Below, one piece after another: positions 9,806-17,779 of a DNA stretch of 64,000 bases (positions within the stretch are counted from its first letter, which is position 1; the number at the start of each line of letters is the position of its first letter). The position numbers were made by a program, and so were the translations under genes. Origin of the DNA: Thermodesulfobacteriota bacterium (GTDB lineage Bacteria; Desulfobacterota; Binatia; Bin18); NCBI GenBank assembly GCA_964291405.2, contig OZ219926.1, positions 2,784,001 to 2,848,000 of the forward strand, written 5' to 3'. The notes beneath the pieces were generated by a model. That model was not told the origin of the DNA and made no database searches. It was given only the letters and a program-made list of their open reading frames with translations.

Positions 9806-9971
9806 TGAATCTCTCTGCTGACTTTTTAACCAATATCTACCCTAAAAGACGATACGAGACGCTAGCATAGGCGTCAAGGTCTCGTGTACAGAATGTCTGC
9901 ACAGCACGCGAGTGAGACTAGGGAGCCTGAGCCGTATTACAAGTCCTGTTCGTTCGACCTCGTTGTGCTTT

Positions 9972-11282
9972 TCAGAAGTCGGTCTGTCCAAAATCAATCT
10001 GGATATTGGAGTAGACCTCGTTCAGGCTGGATATGTGTTCCCACGGAACGCCTAAGCCTTCACGGCTGTTCCCCATCATGATGGGTTGCAGGTCTTCTCT
10101 GGCAAGAGGCTGGGCATCGGTGAAGACGAGCACGCCGGCCGCAGTGATCTGAGGTTGATCGAACTCGATAAATCGATCCGTCTCCCAGATGGCATCCTGC
10201 ATCGTCAGCGTCAGCATTTTTGTTTCACCCGGTTGGAAGAGTCCGTCGGGTTCCACCTGCATCGTCGGAATCTCGTTTTGTATATCCGTATAGAGGTCTT
10301 GCGTGGCGGGATTGATGAAAGACAGATAACTGGTCGTGAGCTTGCGTAAGACCACCGCTTGATCCGAGGTGTTCGTGGCTTCAACCTGCATGCTCAGGGA
10401 TCGCTCGGTGGTGTTATAGCGCAGCTCTTTGACCTCGGTCCGAACGGCACTCGGGACTGGGAGGCCGGACAGGTCCCACATTCTGGCGGCTTGGTGTGGA
10501 ATGATCGGCGGACGGCCCGAGTTCGTGACCAATAACCCTCCGATAACCAAGACCACCAGGACCACACCAAAAATAAGAGACGTTCGACGATCAGCGGGAG
10601 TGATTTGTTCTTCATCAACTCCGTTAACCAGCAGGGCGTAACGGACGAGCATCGGCCGTCTGGCCCAATAGCCCAGCCAGGCCAGCCCGAGAATCCCAAA
10701 CACGATATGCCAGCCGACAACCCGCCCAAACCCGTAGTGCTCCAGGTCTATGGTCTCGCCGGTTGCCGGAATCTGTACGGTATAGGATGGCGGGGCGTCG
10801 CCCGGCACAACGGTGATCCACTTGGCCGGACCCACCAGCCCGCCCGTACCGGACAGATTAATCAGCGGGTGGACATGATACCGGCCCGGCTCGCGCGCCT
10901 GGAGAATCATCTTAAAATCGTAAATCTCTCCTAATTCGATATTAAACGCGTTCTGGATAAAGCGGTCATTCACCCAGCGTTCTCGCACGGCAAGTTTCGG
11001 ACCCGGAACCAGGACGCCGAGCCATGCCAACTCCGGTATGGTCAGCATGCGTGGCCAGGAGTTCATCGCTCTGAACTTGCCGGTGACGGTCATGGTCTCG
11101 TTGACCGCGAGCCGCTCGTGCGAGAACTCTACGTTGAAGAACGAGATCCCGCGCATGCGGATAAACGGTTCGAGATTGTGCTCACCATGGGCGTGGACAA
11201 CCGGCGCCTGCATAAACGAGGCCCCGAACACGCACAGGCAGGCGAGGCTGACAGCGAGGCGGGCTTTTCCGAGTGGAGACAT
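9972..11282 (-). CDS. pmoB: Copper membrane monooxygenase subunit B (PmoB/AmoB family, XmoB)
   Basis: Signal peptide, then AHGE (mature N-terminal His32), FIRMR and GRYHVHP..GGLVGPAKWITV (HxH), two TM helices and a C-terminal cupredoxin-like domain. Confidence 0.93.
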   Translation of the reverse strand: MSPLGKARLAVSLACLCVFGASFMQAPVVHAHGEHNLEPFIRMRGISFFNVEFSHERLAVNETMTVTGKFRAMNSWPRMLTIPELAWLGVLVPGPKLAVRERWVNDRFIQNAFNIELGEIYDFKMILQAREPGRYHVHPLINLSGTGGLVGPAKWITVVPGDAPPSYTVQIPATGETIDLEHYGFGRVVGWHIVFGILGLAWLGYWARRPMLVRYALLVNGVDEEQITPADRRTSLIFGVVLVVLVIGGLLVTNSGRPPIIPHQAARMWDLSGLPVPSAVRTEVKELRYNTTERSLSMQVEATNTSDQAVVLRKLTTSYLSFINPATQDLYTDIQNEIPTMQVEPDGLFQPGETKMLTLTMQDAIWETDRFIEFDQPQITAAGVLVFTDAQPLAREDLQPIMMGNSREGLGVPWEHISSLNEVYSNIQIDFGQTDF

Positions 11283-11297
11283 GAAAGCCTCTACCAG

Positions 11298-12041
11298 TCA
11301 GGTTTGACGCAGGACTTTCTGTAGCGGCATAACGCCGAGCAGTTTTCCCAGGCCGATGCCAATCCAATACATGAAGGTGCAGGCGATACCGGCCATTAAT
11401 ATGCTGATCCAGATACGCTGGCCCAGGAAGGCTTGCAGCGTGCCTTCATCTATCCGGCGTAAGTATTCCGGGGTCTGGGGGCGGATGAAGTAATAGCCCA
11501 TCAAATCGGCAACGGTAAAAGTCTTGCCAAACAGCGTCACCGGCTGCAGAAAAGGCATAAGCATCAGCCAGTTCACGGGATAAAAGAGAAAACCCCATAA
11601 AAACCCACCAATCAGACTCGTCGCCAGATAGCTGCGTGACCAAAAGAGAATCAGGTCAAGTGCCAGTGCCATGGGAATCGTTGTGGCCGGCCAGATAAAA
11701 TTAATCGGATAATACTCCATAGCGTAAAAGCTGAAGACCCGACTCAGCCAGGCTCCAATCAAAACGAACACCGCGGTAAACGTGGCTCCCAGCGGCAGAC
11801 GCAGATAGTACCAGGCCAGATAGTGGCCCACCGCAGTGACCAACAGAGCGGAGCTCGGGCCGGCGATCGGCCACCACAGCTTGTCTTTCCAGTCCACCCA
11901 GAAATCCCAGTCACCCATATAGAGCATACGACTGACATGGGGGATAACGGTGAAAAAGCCGATCAGGGCCAGGAGCAGGATGACATCAAAGACCTTGGCC
12001 ATTCTGTGCTGGCCAAGCGCGGCAAGCTCTTCGGCCTTCAT
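11298..12041 (-). CDS. pmoA: Copper membrane monooxygenase subunit A (PmoA/AmoA family, XmoA), 247 aa
   Basis: MGDWDFWVDWKD, RLPLGAT, YPINFIWP, FYPVNW, VADLMGY and TPEYLRRIDEGTL motifs. Start re-called at ATG 12041 behind an AGGAGAGG RBS. Confidence 0.95.
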   Translation of the reverse strand: MKAEELAALGQHRMAKVFDVILLLALIGFFTVIPHVSRMLYMGDWDFWVDWKDKLWWPIAGPSSALLVTAVGHYLAWYYLRLPLGATFTAVFVLIGAWLSRVFSFYAMEYYPINFIWPATTIPMALALDLILFWSRSYLATSLIGGFLWGFLFYPVNWLMLMPFLQPVTLFGKTFTVADLMGYYFIRPQTPEYLRRIDEGTLQAFLGQRIWISILMAGIACTFMYWIGIGLGKLLGVMPLQKVLRQT

Positions 12042-12120
12042 TGTTTTTAACCTCTCCTGAGGCCCGACCCTTCCTGAACGCCGTGCGTTGCGGCAGTCCG
12101 CCGGTAGACGAGTCGGTAGC

Positions 12121-12972
12121 CTACGATGAGGCCTTCGCCTCGGTTGACGCTTGCTGGGCCATTGCTCCCAGGTTTTCAAAGATGCGTGGAACGGTCTTAA
12201 AGAGCAGCGCAAACCCGGCAAAAAAGAAATACGTCGCCCAGGCAAACGGCCAATGGTAGGGCTGCACAAACAGTTCTTCGGTAATCCAGCTTGAGTGTCC
12301 CAGCTCATTAAACGCCACATTGGCGAACAGGAACCAGCCGCCGGCCGGAAACAGCAGATAGCAGATGGGTATGCCTTTGCCCCCTTCACCGACGTAGAGA
12401 TAGTGTAAACGGTTATAGGCGTACCAGGAGCTGACGCCAGTCATGATGATCAACATGGGAAAGGTATAGAAGAAGAGGGGGATGTGGCTGGGCGTAAAGG
12501 CCGTATCGCGCACCACAATTTGGTGCCACACAGCGTCTTGCTCGGCAAAATAGCTGACCCCAAAGCCAAACGTAGCCGCCACCGCGACCGTAGCCCAGAG
12601 TTTGCCGATGTGGTTGAGCTCGTGCTCGGGGTCGATACGCCCCAACTCTTTTCTCTGAACGGCACAGGTCGAACAGGGTTTGCGATAAGCCGTAAAGCCG
12701 ATGATGGCGGCGGCAATAAGGACGATCCACTCGACGTAGAGCAGACCCAACCAATACTTCGCAAATTCAGGCGTCGTTGCGTCCATACCAACCGGGAACC
12801 ACCACTCGCCCTGCCACAGCCTGATGAGAAACAACGACAGCAGCCCCAGGCCGCCGCCTATGACCAGAAAGCGCATGAACGGCATCTCGCCGTGCGCTGT
12901 TTTGTCGTGCTTCATTTCCCCTATCTGAACGGCTTGACTTTCGACTGAGGCCGACATAGACGTTGCTGCCAT
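12121..12972 (-). CDS. pmoC: Copper membrane monooxygenase subunit C (PmoC/AmoC family, XmoC), 283 aa
   Basis: GMDATTPEFAKYW, FAEQDAVWHQIVVRDTAFTPSH (CuC D/H/H) and NVAFNELGHSSWITEELFVQPYHW (CuD N/H/H). Start at 12972 behind GGGGAGGG. Confidence 0.95.
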   Translation of the reverse strand: MAATSMSASVESQAVQIGEMKHDKTAHGEMPFMRFLVIGGGLGLLSLFLIRLWQGEWWFPVGMDATTPEFAKYWLGLLYVEWIVLIAAAIIGFTAYRKPCSTCAVQRKELGRIDPEHELNHIGKLWATVAVAATFGFGVSYFAEQDAVWHQIVVRDTAFTPSHIPLFFYTFPMLIIMTGVSSWYAYNRLHYLYVGEGGKGIPICYLLFPAGGWFLFANVAFNELGHSSWITEELFVQPYHWPFAWATYFFFAGFALLFKTVPRIFENLGAMAQQASTEAKASS

Positions 12973-13117
12973 AGAAGGTCCCTCCCCGTGCATTATCATT
13001 CAGTCCCGAGCGCCCTGTAGTGGACAACCCCGGAACAATAATCGCACTGTACACAGAATAACATCCCCGTACCACATATCTTCCAAAATATGCAAACAGG
13101 GCTTTGAGTTCTGTCCC

Positions 13118-14272
13118 TTACCGATTGTGCTCTTCGTCCTCAAATACCCCCGGCTCATGCCAGCGACGGCTGATGAGCAGTTTCCCGGCGTGGTGTCGCT
13201 TCTTGCGGAAGCCCAACAGGTGAAAAATTTCCATCACAAGCCACCGGGCAATGCGTGGCTCGACGACCAGGGTCGTGGTCTGGTCTGGGTGTCTACGTAC
13301 TCCGGGCAGCAGCGGTAAGAGTCGCTCAAGCCGGAGGTGGCGCAGCCACACCGCGAGACGCAACCAGAACCGCCGGACTGTTCTGACCAGGAAAAACCCG
13401 TCCGCACCCTGACCTTGATAGAGGGGCATCAGGATCTGTCCGGACTCAGGAGCTCGAATCTGGCCGTGACGGTCACGGGCCAAGAGCTGGCCCCGCCTGA
13501 CCGACTGGAAGTTTGTGAAGCCGGGTTCCATCACAAAATCGTCACCGGCTTGGATCAGATGGTGATAGCGGATTTCCAATACCGGCTGCCCGGTCGGCGT
13601 CTTTTCGGGCGCGTCCTGGGGCCGGAGACAGCCAGCGGTTGTCAGGACGCTCCAGATGGCCACAGTATGGTTCTCCACTGCGCTTGGCGAAGCGTGCTGT
13701 CCGCCTTCAAAACCAATGACGACATGTCCCTGCTCGCTCAGATAATTCAGCAGCGTACCCTCTAGCTGTTCTTCCAGGCCAAGAATGACCGGAGCCTGAA
13801 GACCAAAGGCAAAGCGACGGTTGGGCAGGCTATCGCCAATCACCACAAACGGCTGACCCTCGGCAGAGGTGGTGTGCAGGTCGAGGAAGACCGCCGGTCC
13901 CTGGTGCTGGGCCAGCACGGTTTCTATTGCCGTCAGCAGCTCCCGCTGCTCCTGCTCTTCTGAGGTCAGCTCAGCGCGTTGCTCCCTCACCCCTTGGAGG
14001 CGCTCAGATATCCACAGTCGGTTGAAATCCTCATCAATATACCGACAGCCGCGCGCCAGCGCGGCGCGATTTCCGGTGAGCGCGAGTAGCTTGCCTCGAA
14101 AGGAAGGACACCGGGAATGTAAACTGTGCAGCACATCCTGCAAGGCAAAAACCCCAGCCGGCTCATTGCCGTGCATCCCTCCAATACCAATCACGAGCGG
14201 CCCGGGCGTATCGCCGCCATAACTGCCGAGCAGGCGGGGAAAGCCGGGGGACTGGGCGGGAGGGTCGGGCAT
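13118..14272 (-). CDS. Succinylglutamate desuccinylase/aspartoacylase-family (M14) hydrolase
   Basis: GGMHGNE, DFNR, DLHTTS and FEGGQH motifs; start overlaps the stop of the upstream ligase. Confidence 0.85.
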   Translation of the reverse strand: MPDPPAQSPGFPRLLGSYGGDTPGPLVIGIGGMHGNEPAGVFALQDVLHSLHSRCPSFRGKLLALTGNRAALARGCRYIDEDFNRLWISERLQGVREQRAELTSEEQEQRELLTAIETVLAQHQGPAVFLDLHTTSAEGQPFVVIGDSLPNRRFAFGLQAPVILGLEEQLEGTLLNYLSEQGHVVIGFEGGQHASPSAVENHTVAIWSVLTTAGCLRPQDAPEKTPTGQPVLEIRYHHLIQAGDDFVMEPGFTNFQSVRRGQLLARDRHGQIRAPESGQILMPLYQGQGADGFFLVRTVRRFWLRLAVWLRHLRLERLLPLLPGVRRHPDQTTTLVVEPRIARWLVMEIFHLLGFRKKRHHAGKLLISRRWHEPGVFEDEEHNR

Positions 14273-16188
14273 CAGTCCTTCCGGGCTGACCGTTCAAGCA
14301 GACGGGCCGTTAGCGTCAGGATGTCATGCTCGGTCACGATCCCGATCAGCCGCTCGTCCTTGGCCACCAGCAGAGACGCGCTTTTTTCTTGTTGCATCCG
14401 GGCGACTGCTTCTGCGAGGGGTGTCTCGGGTGGAAGCGTCAGCGGCTTCGACTGCATGATCGCCCCGACCGGGACCGGCTCGCTCTCGGCCTGCTGGAGT
14501 GACGGTGTACAGTGACGCAAGACCTCAAAGCACGAGATCAAGCCAACCAGCTTGCCCTGGTCGTCCTCAACCGGGATATGCCGAATCCGTTTCCAGTCCA
14601 TCAGCTTGGCCACCAAGTCTATCGGTTCATTGGGATGGACAGTGAACAGATCGGTCGTCATACATTCTTCAATACGCAGGGTGTGCACTTTCTCACTCCA
14701 GCCTTCTTCAATCTGGGCCAACGGCCACTCATGCACCGGGCTTCCCGCCCATTGTCTTCGAGCGGTGGCTGCGGTCAGCGCGCTCAGCCGCGCCGCTTGG
14801 GTATCAGTCTCCCGCATGTCTGCTAATGAGCGCAAGAGCCAAGACGAACCGGTCCGGCCGACCGTGACCCGTTGTTCGATCACGCCCAGGTACCGCTCAA
14901 TGTCCGCAGGGTTCAGCCTTGCCGTGCGGAGTCCGTGCCGGGCCAGCGGTAATAAGTCCTGGCGAATCAAGTCACGGGCTAGCACGACCTGCCCGTCGAG
15001 CCAGGTAAACTGGGCGTCCAAACCTCTCTGAGCCGCGGCAAGAAAATTGATTTCCGCGTTGTGGAAGGGCATTTTTTGAGCAATATCACCATAGGTTTGT
15101 TGCCCTCCCCGGAGTAAACCGAGGAAAAAGGCAGCGTTCGCGACCTCATCAACAACACTCGGACCGGCTGGCAGGACGCGGTTCTCAATACGGATATGGG
15201 CCTTCCCCCCTCCGATGCCAAAGCAACCTCTATTCCAGCGATACACCGTCCCCGTATGGAGACGCAGGGCTTGTAATTCGGGCAGCCCGCCCTGTTCCAG
15301 TAAGCGCAAAGAATCTTCCCGCGATGGCGTTCCGATCAGGACGCGAAAACGGGCCAAATCTTCCTGGATGAGATCGAGTATCGAGTGGTCTACCCACTGT
15401 TGACCGAAGCTCACCCGTGGCGCACGCTCACGCAGATGGGTGCTGGCGCGGCGGGTATCAACAGATTGCTGAAACAATGGAATCCGCGTCTCGCGCCACA
15501 GCCGGCGGCCAAACAGCAATGGCGAGTTGGCGGCCGCGGCCAGGAGCGGAGCCGTCATGGCCTGGGCGATATTATAACACTGGGGAAACTCGGCTGGCTC
15601 GACTTGGTAGTGGACCTGAAAACTGGTACAGCCCGCTTCCAGCATGACCGAGTCGTGCTTGAGGTTCAGCTCATCCGCGCCCTTGAGCTGAAATTCGTAA
15701 TCGCCCCCACGGAGCTGGGTGAGTATGGTATTCAATTCCCGGTAGCGCGGCTTGGGAGTCATATTGGTCAGCGCCAAGTCAGACTTGCGCAGCGTCGGCA
15801 AAATCCCACTCAGGACCACCTCGGCCCCACACTGGTGAGCGGCAGCCCGCACTGCGGCGAGTGAGCGGTTGAGTTGACCCTCAAGCTGACTCAGGCAGTC
15901 TCCCTCAAATACTAAGGGGTCCAGATTGATCTCCAGATTAAACAGCCCCAACTCAGTGGTGTAATGGGGGTCATCGATCCGCTCCAGGATATCCAGCGCG
16001 AGCGGCGCCGGATGCCAGGCGGCATCCACTAAGAACAGTTCTTGCTCAACCCCAATCCGGTGGACCCCGGATTCGATCAAACCGGTGTCAAGCATGTGCT
16101 CCAGCGCGTGGATATCGCGCAGGAGATGGGTGATAAAGCGGCGGAGTTGGCCTGAATCACTATCGCGCAGTACGTCTTGATTTCCCAC
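14272..16188 (-). CDS. Glutamate-cysteine ligase (GCS2)-family protein with C-terminal CBS pair
   Basis: GVEQE, TELGLFNLEIN, TSFQVH, RWNR and HIRIENRVLPAGP motifs; two CBS repeats (MTTDLFTV..., MQSKPLTL...). Confidence 0.85.
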   Translation of the reverse strand: MGNQDVLRDSDSGQLRRFITHLLRDIHALEHMLDTGLIESGVHRIGVEQELFLVDAAWHPAPLALDILERIDDPHYTTELGLFNLEINLDPLVFEGDCLSQLEGQLNRSLAAVRAAAHQCGAEVVLSGILPTLRKSDLALTNMTPKPRYRELNTILTQLRGGDYEFQLKGADELNLKHDSVMLEAGCTSFQVHYQVEPAEFPQCYNIAQAMTAPLLAAAANSPLLFGRRLWRETRIPLFQQSVDTRRASTHLRERAPRVSFGQQWVDHSILDLIQEDLARFRVLIGTPSREDSLRLLEQGGLPELQALRLHTGTVYRWNRGCFGIGGGKAHIRIENRVLPAGPSVVDEVANAAFFLGLLRGGQQTYGDIAQKMPFHNAEINFLAAAQRGLDAQFTWLDGQVVLARDLIRQDLLPLARHGLRTARLNPADIERYLGVIEQRVTVGRTGSSWLLRSLADMRETDTQAARLSALTAATARRQWAGSPVHEWPLAQIEEGWSEKVHTLRIEECMTTDLFTVHPNEPIDLVAKLMDWKRIRHIPVEDDQGKLVGLISCFEVLRHCTPSLQQAESEPVPVGAIMQSKPLTLPPETPLAEAVARMQQEKSASLLVAKDERLIGIVTEHDILTLTARLLERSARKD

Positions 16189-16344
16189 TCGTATCCCTCG
16201 GGCACGAATCCCTCACCGGTCTCGAATGCGGTAGCGTATGTTATATGTCGTAAGAGCGGAGGCATAGAGTGTCCGGTGACAAAGAGACGGAGCGCGCGGC
16301 TGTGTTTCTCCGAGAGCGTACACCACGCGGAGGAATTAACGACA

Positions 16345-16731
16345 ATGGCAAGTAAGGGCCGACCTTTCCGAACCGTCTCTTTCGAGGGCTTTGAGATTCT
16401 GGTGGGCAAAGGGGATGCCCAGAATGACCGGCTGACCTTCGAGGTTGCGGAGCCTGAAGACTTCTGGCTGCACGTGGTCAACTTTCCCGGCAGCCATGTC
16501 GTGGTACGCAATCCCGACCGGCTCGCCGCACTGCCGCCCGCGGTCTTGGTGCATGCGGCCCGGCTGGCGGCCTGGCATTCCAAGGCGCGCGGCAGCCGGG
16601 GCAAAGTGGAAGTGCATATCTGCCGGGCCGCGGACGTGTCTCAGCCACCCGACTTTCCGCCCGGTAAAGTGCTTTTACGTCGCTGGCACAGCCTCAAAGT
16701 CTATCCTTTGGAGCCGTCCGACGAGGCGTAA
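16345..16731 (+). CDS. Stand-alone NFACT RNA-binding-domain protein (DUF814)
   Basis: ILVGKGDAQNDRLT, DFWLHVVNFPGSHVVVR, AARLAAWHSKAR and PPGKV motifs; start re-called at ATG 16345 behind GGAGG. Confidence 0.85.
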   Translation: MASKGRPFRTVSFEGFEILVGKGDAQNDRLTFEVAEPEDFWLHVVNFPGSHVVVRNPDRLAALPPAVLVHAARLAAWHSKARGSRGKVEVHICRAADVSQPPDFPPGKVLLRRWHSLKVYPLEPSDEA

Positions 16732-16824
16732 TGGTGGACTGTGAATACCGGTTGGGGACAGCCCACAGTTTTCGGAACCCCGCCTATCGGCTTACGCTCC
16801 GCTTACTCGATTGACGGAGGACTG

Positions 16825-17127
16825 CTACACGGCGTGACAGCGAACCCGCGCACGGATTATGTCGCCGCTCTCGGCCTGCACCTTTGACAGTTCGTAGACC
16901 GTCTGAGCGTTCATCCAGAATTCCGGAGTCTGGCCGAAATACTCGCCCAGCGCAATCGCGGTCTCAGCCGTCACTCCGCGCCGTTCATGGACAATCTCGT
17001 GCAGGCGTGTCGCTGGCAGGCCCGTCTCACGCGCCACACGGCTGACGCTCAACGCCATTTCCTCAATTTGCTCCATGAGTAGCGCACCGGGATGCGTTGC
17101 AATCCGATGGGTCGGTGCCTTCAACAT
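16825..17127 (-). CDS. higA: HigA-family antitoxin (HTH)
   Basis: THPGALL...RRGVTAETAIALGEYFGQTPEFWMNAQ. Confidence 0.9.
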   Translation of the reverse strand: MLKAPTHRIATHPGALLMEQIEEMALSVSRVARETGLPATRLHEIVHERRGVTAETAIALGEYFGQTPEFWMNAQTVYELSKVQAESGDIIRARVRCHAV

Positions 17128-17142
17128 AGTCTCGCTCCTGTC

Positions 17143-17439
17143 TCAGTCATAATGGTTGTTCAACTCCACCTCGAAGGCATCCCCTGCCCGCCAGGTGAAA
17201 CATATCCGCCAGCCGCGCGATACACGAATGCTGTACTGTCCGGCGCGGTCTCCCCTGAGGCGTTCAAGCCGATTACCGGGCGGTACTCGAAGGTCTTTTA
17301 TAGAAGCTACATAGTTGATTCGGTCCAGCTTGCTCTGCGCTCTTTTCAGAAGTCTCGCCGGGAACGACCGGTCTCGCACCGGATGTCTACGAAGTCGAGT
17401 TCTGCGATGATGAAGGGCAAACCTACATGGAACTCGCAC
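17143..17439 (-). CDS. higB: HigB/RelE-family toxin (start uncertain)
   Basis: DLRVPPGNRLERLRGDRAGQYSIRV..WRICFTW motif; toxin-before-antitoxin order. The N-terminus is atypical. Confidence 0.82.
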   Translation of the reverse strand: MRVPCRFALHHRRTRLRRHPVRDRSFPARLLKRAQSKLDRINYVASIKDLRVPPGNRLERLRGDRAGQYSIRVSRGWRICFTWRAGDAFEVELNNHYD

Positions 17440-17545
17440 TGCGCAACGACCAGATTATCGCGCTCCATACTCAGGGAGAAACGTTAAAGATTGGTGCCTG
17501 ACCAGCGGAAAAAACAGCCATCTCGCAGGCGTGCCGTTGCGCTCC

Positions 17546-17724
17546 GTCATGCTGGACGTGATCCGGCATCCATGCTTCGACTCCGCCCTTTGGGCTACGC
17601 TCAGCACAAACGGCCTCGTGTTCGTCCTGAGCCTGTCCTGAGTCTTCACGAAGGGCGTAGTGAAGCGAAGTCGAAGGACCTGCCCCTGTTTTCACAGGGG
17701 TGACGTTTTTTCGCCGGAATGACG
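17546..17724. repeat. Composite palindromic REP/BIME-like element
   Basis: Outer GTCATGCTGGACGTGATCCGGCATCC ... CGCCGGAATGAC units flank an inner CTTCGACTCCG..GCTCAGCACAAACGG / GTTCGTCCTGAGC..GAAGTCGAAG inverted pair. Confidence 0.6.
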
Positions 17725-17779
17725 TTGCTGGTGGATATACCGCAGCGTAAAATGCTCCAGCCGTGTAGATTGCCCCCGT

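Noticed and set aside
12042-12389. 116-aa N-terminal extension of XmoA in the ORF track
   Set aside because: It overlaps xmoC in another frame. The RBS-backed ATG at 12041 gives the canonical 247 aa.
9972-12972. Calling the operon a bona fide methane or ammonia monooxygenase
   Set aside because: The motifs establish the family only. The signature residue and gene context do not support methanotrophy or nitrification; the pmo symbols are used as family labels.
13040-13100. Sigma54 or sigma70 promoter for xmoC
   Set aside because: TGGTACG is not followed by TTGC at the right spacing, and the -10 match is poor.
17380-17470. HigB N-terminal frameshift or pseudogene
   Set aside because: The N-terminus is atypical, but I could not identify a convincing alternative frame.
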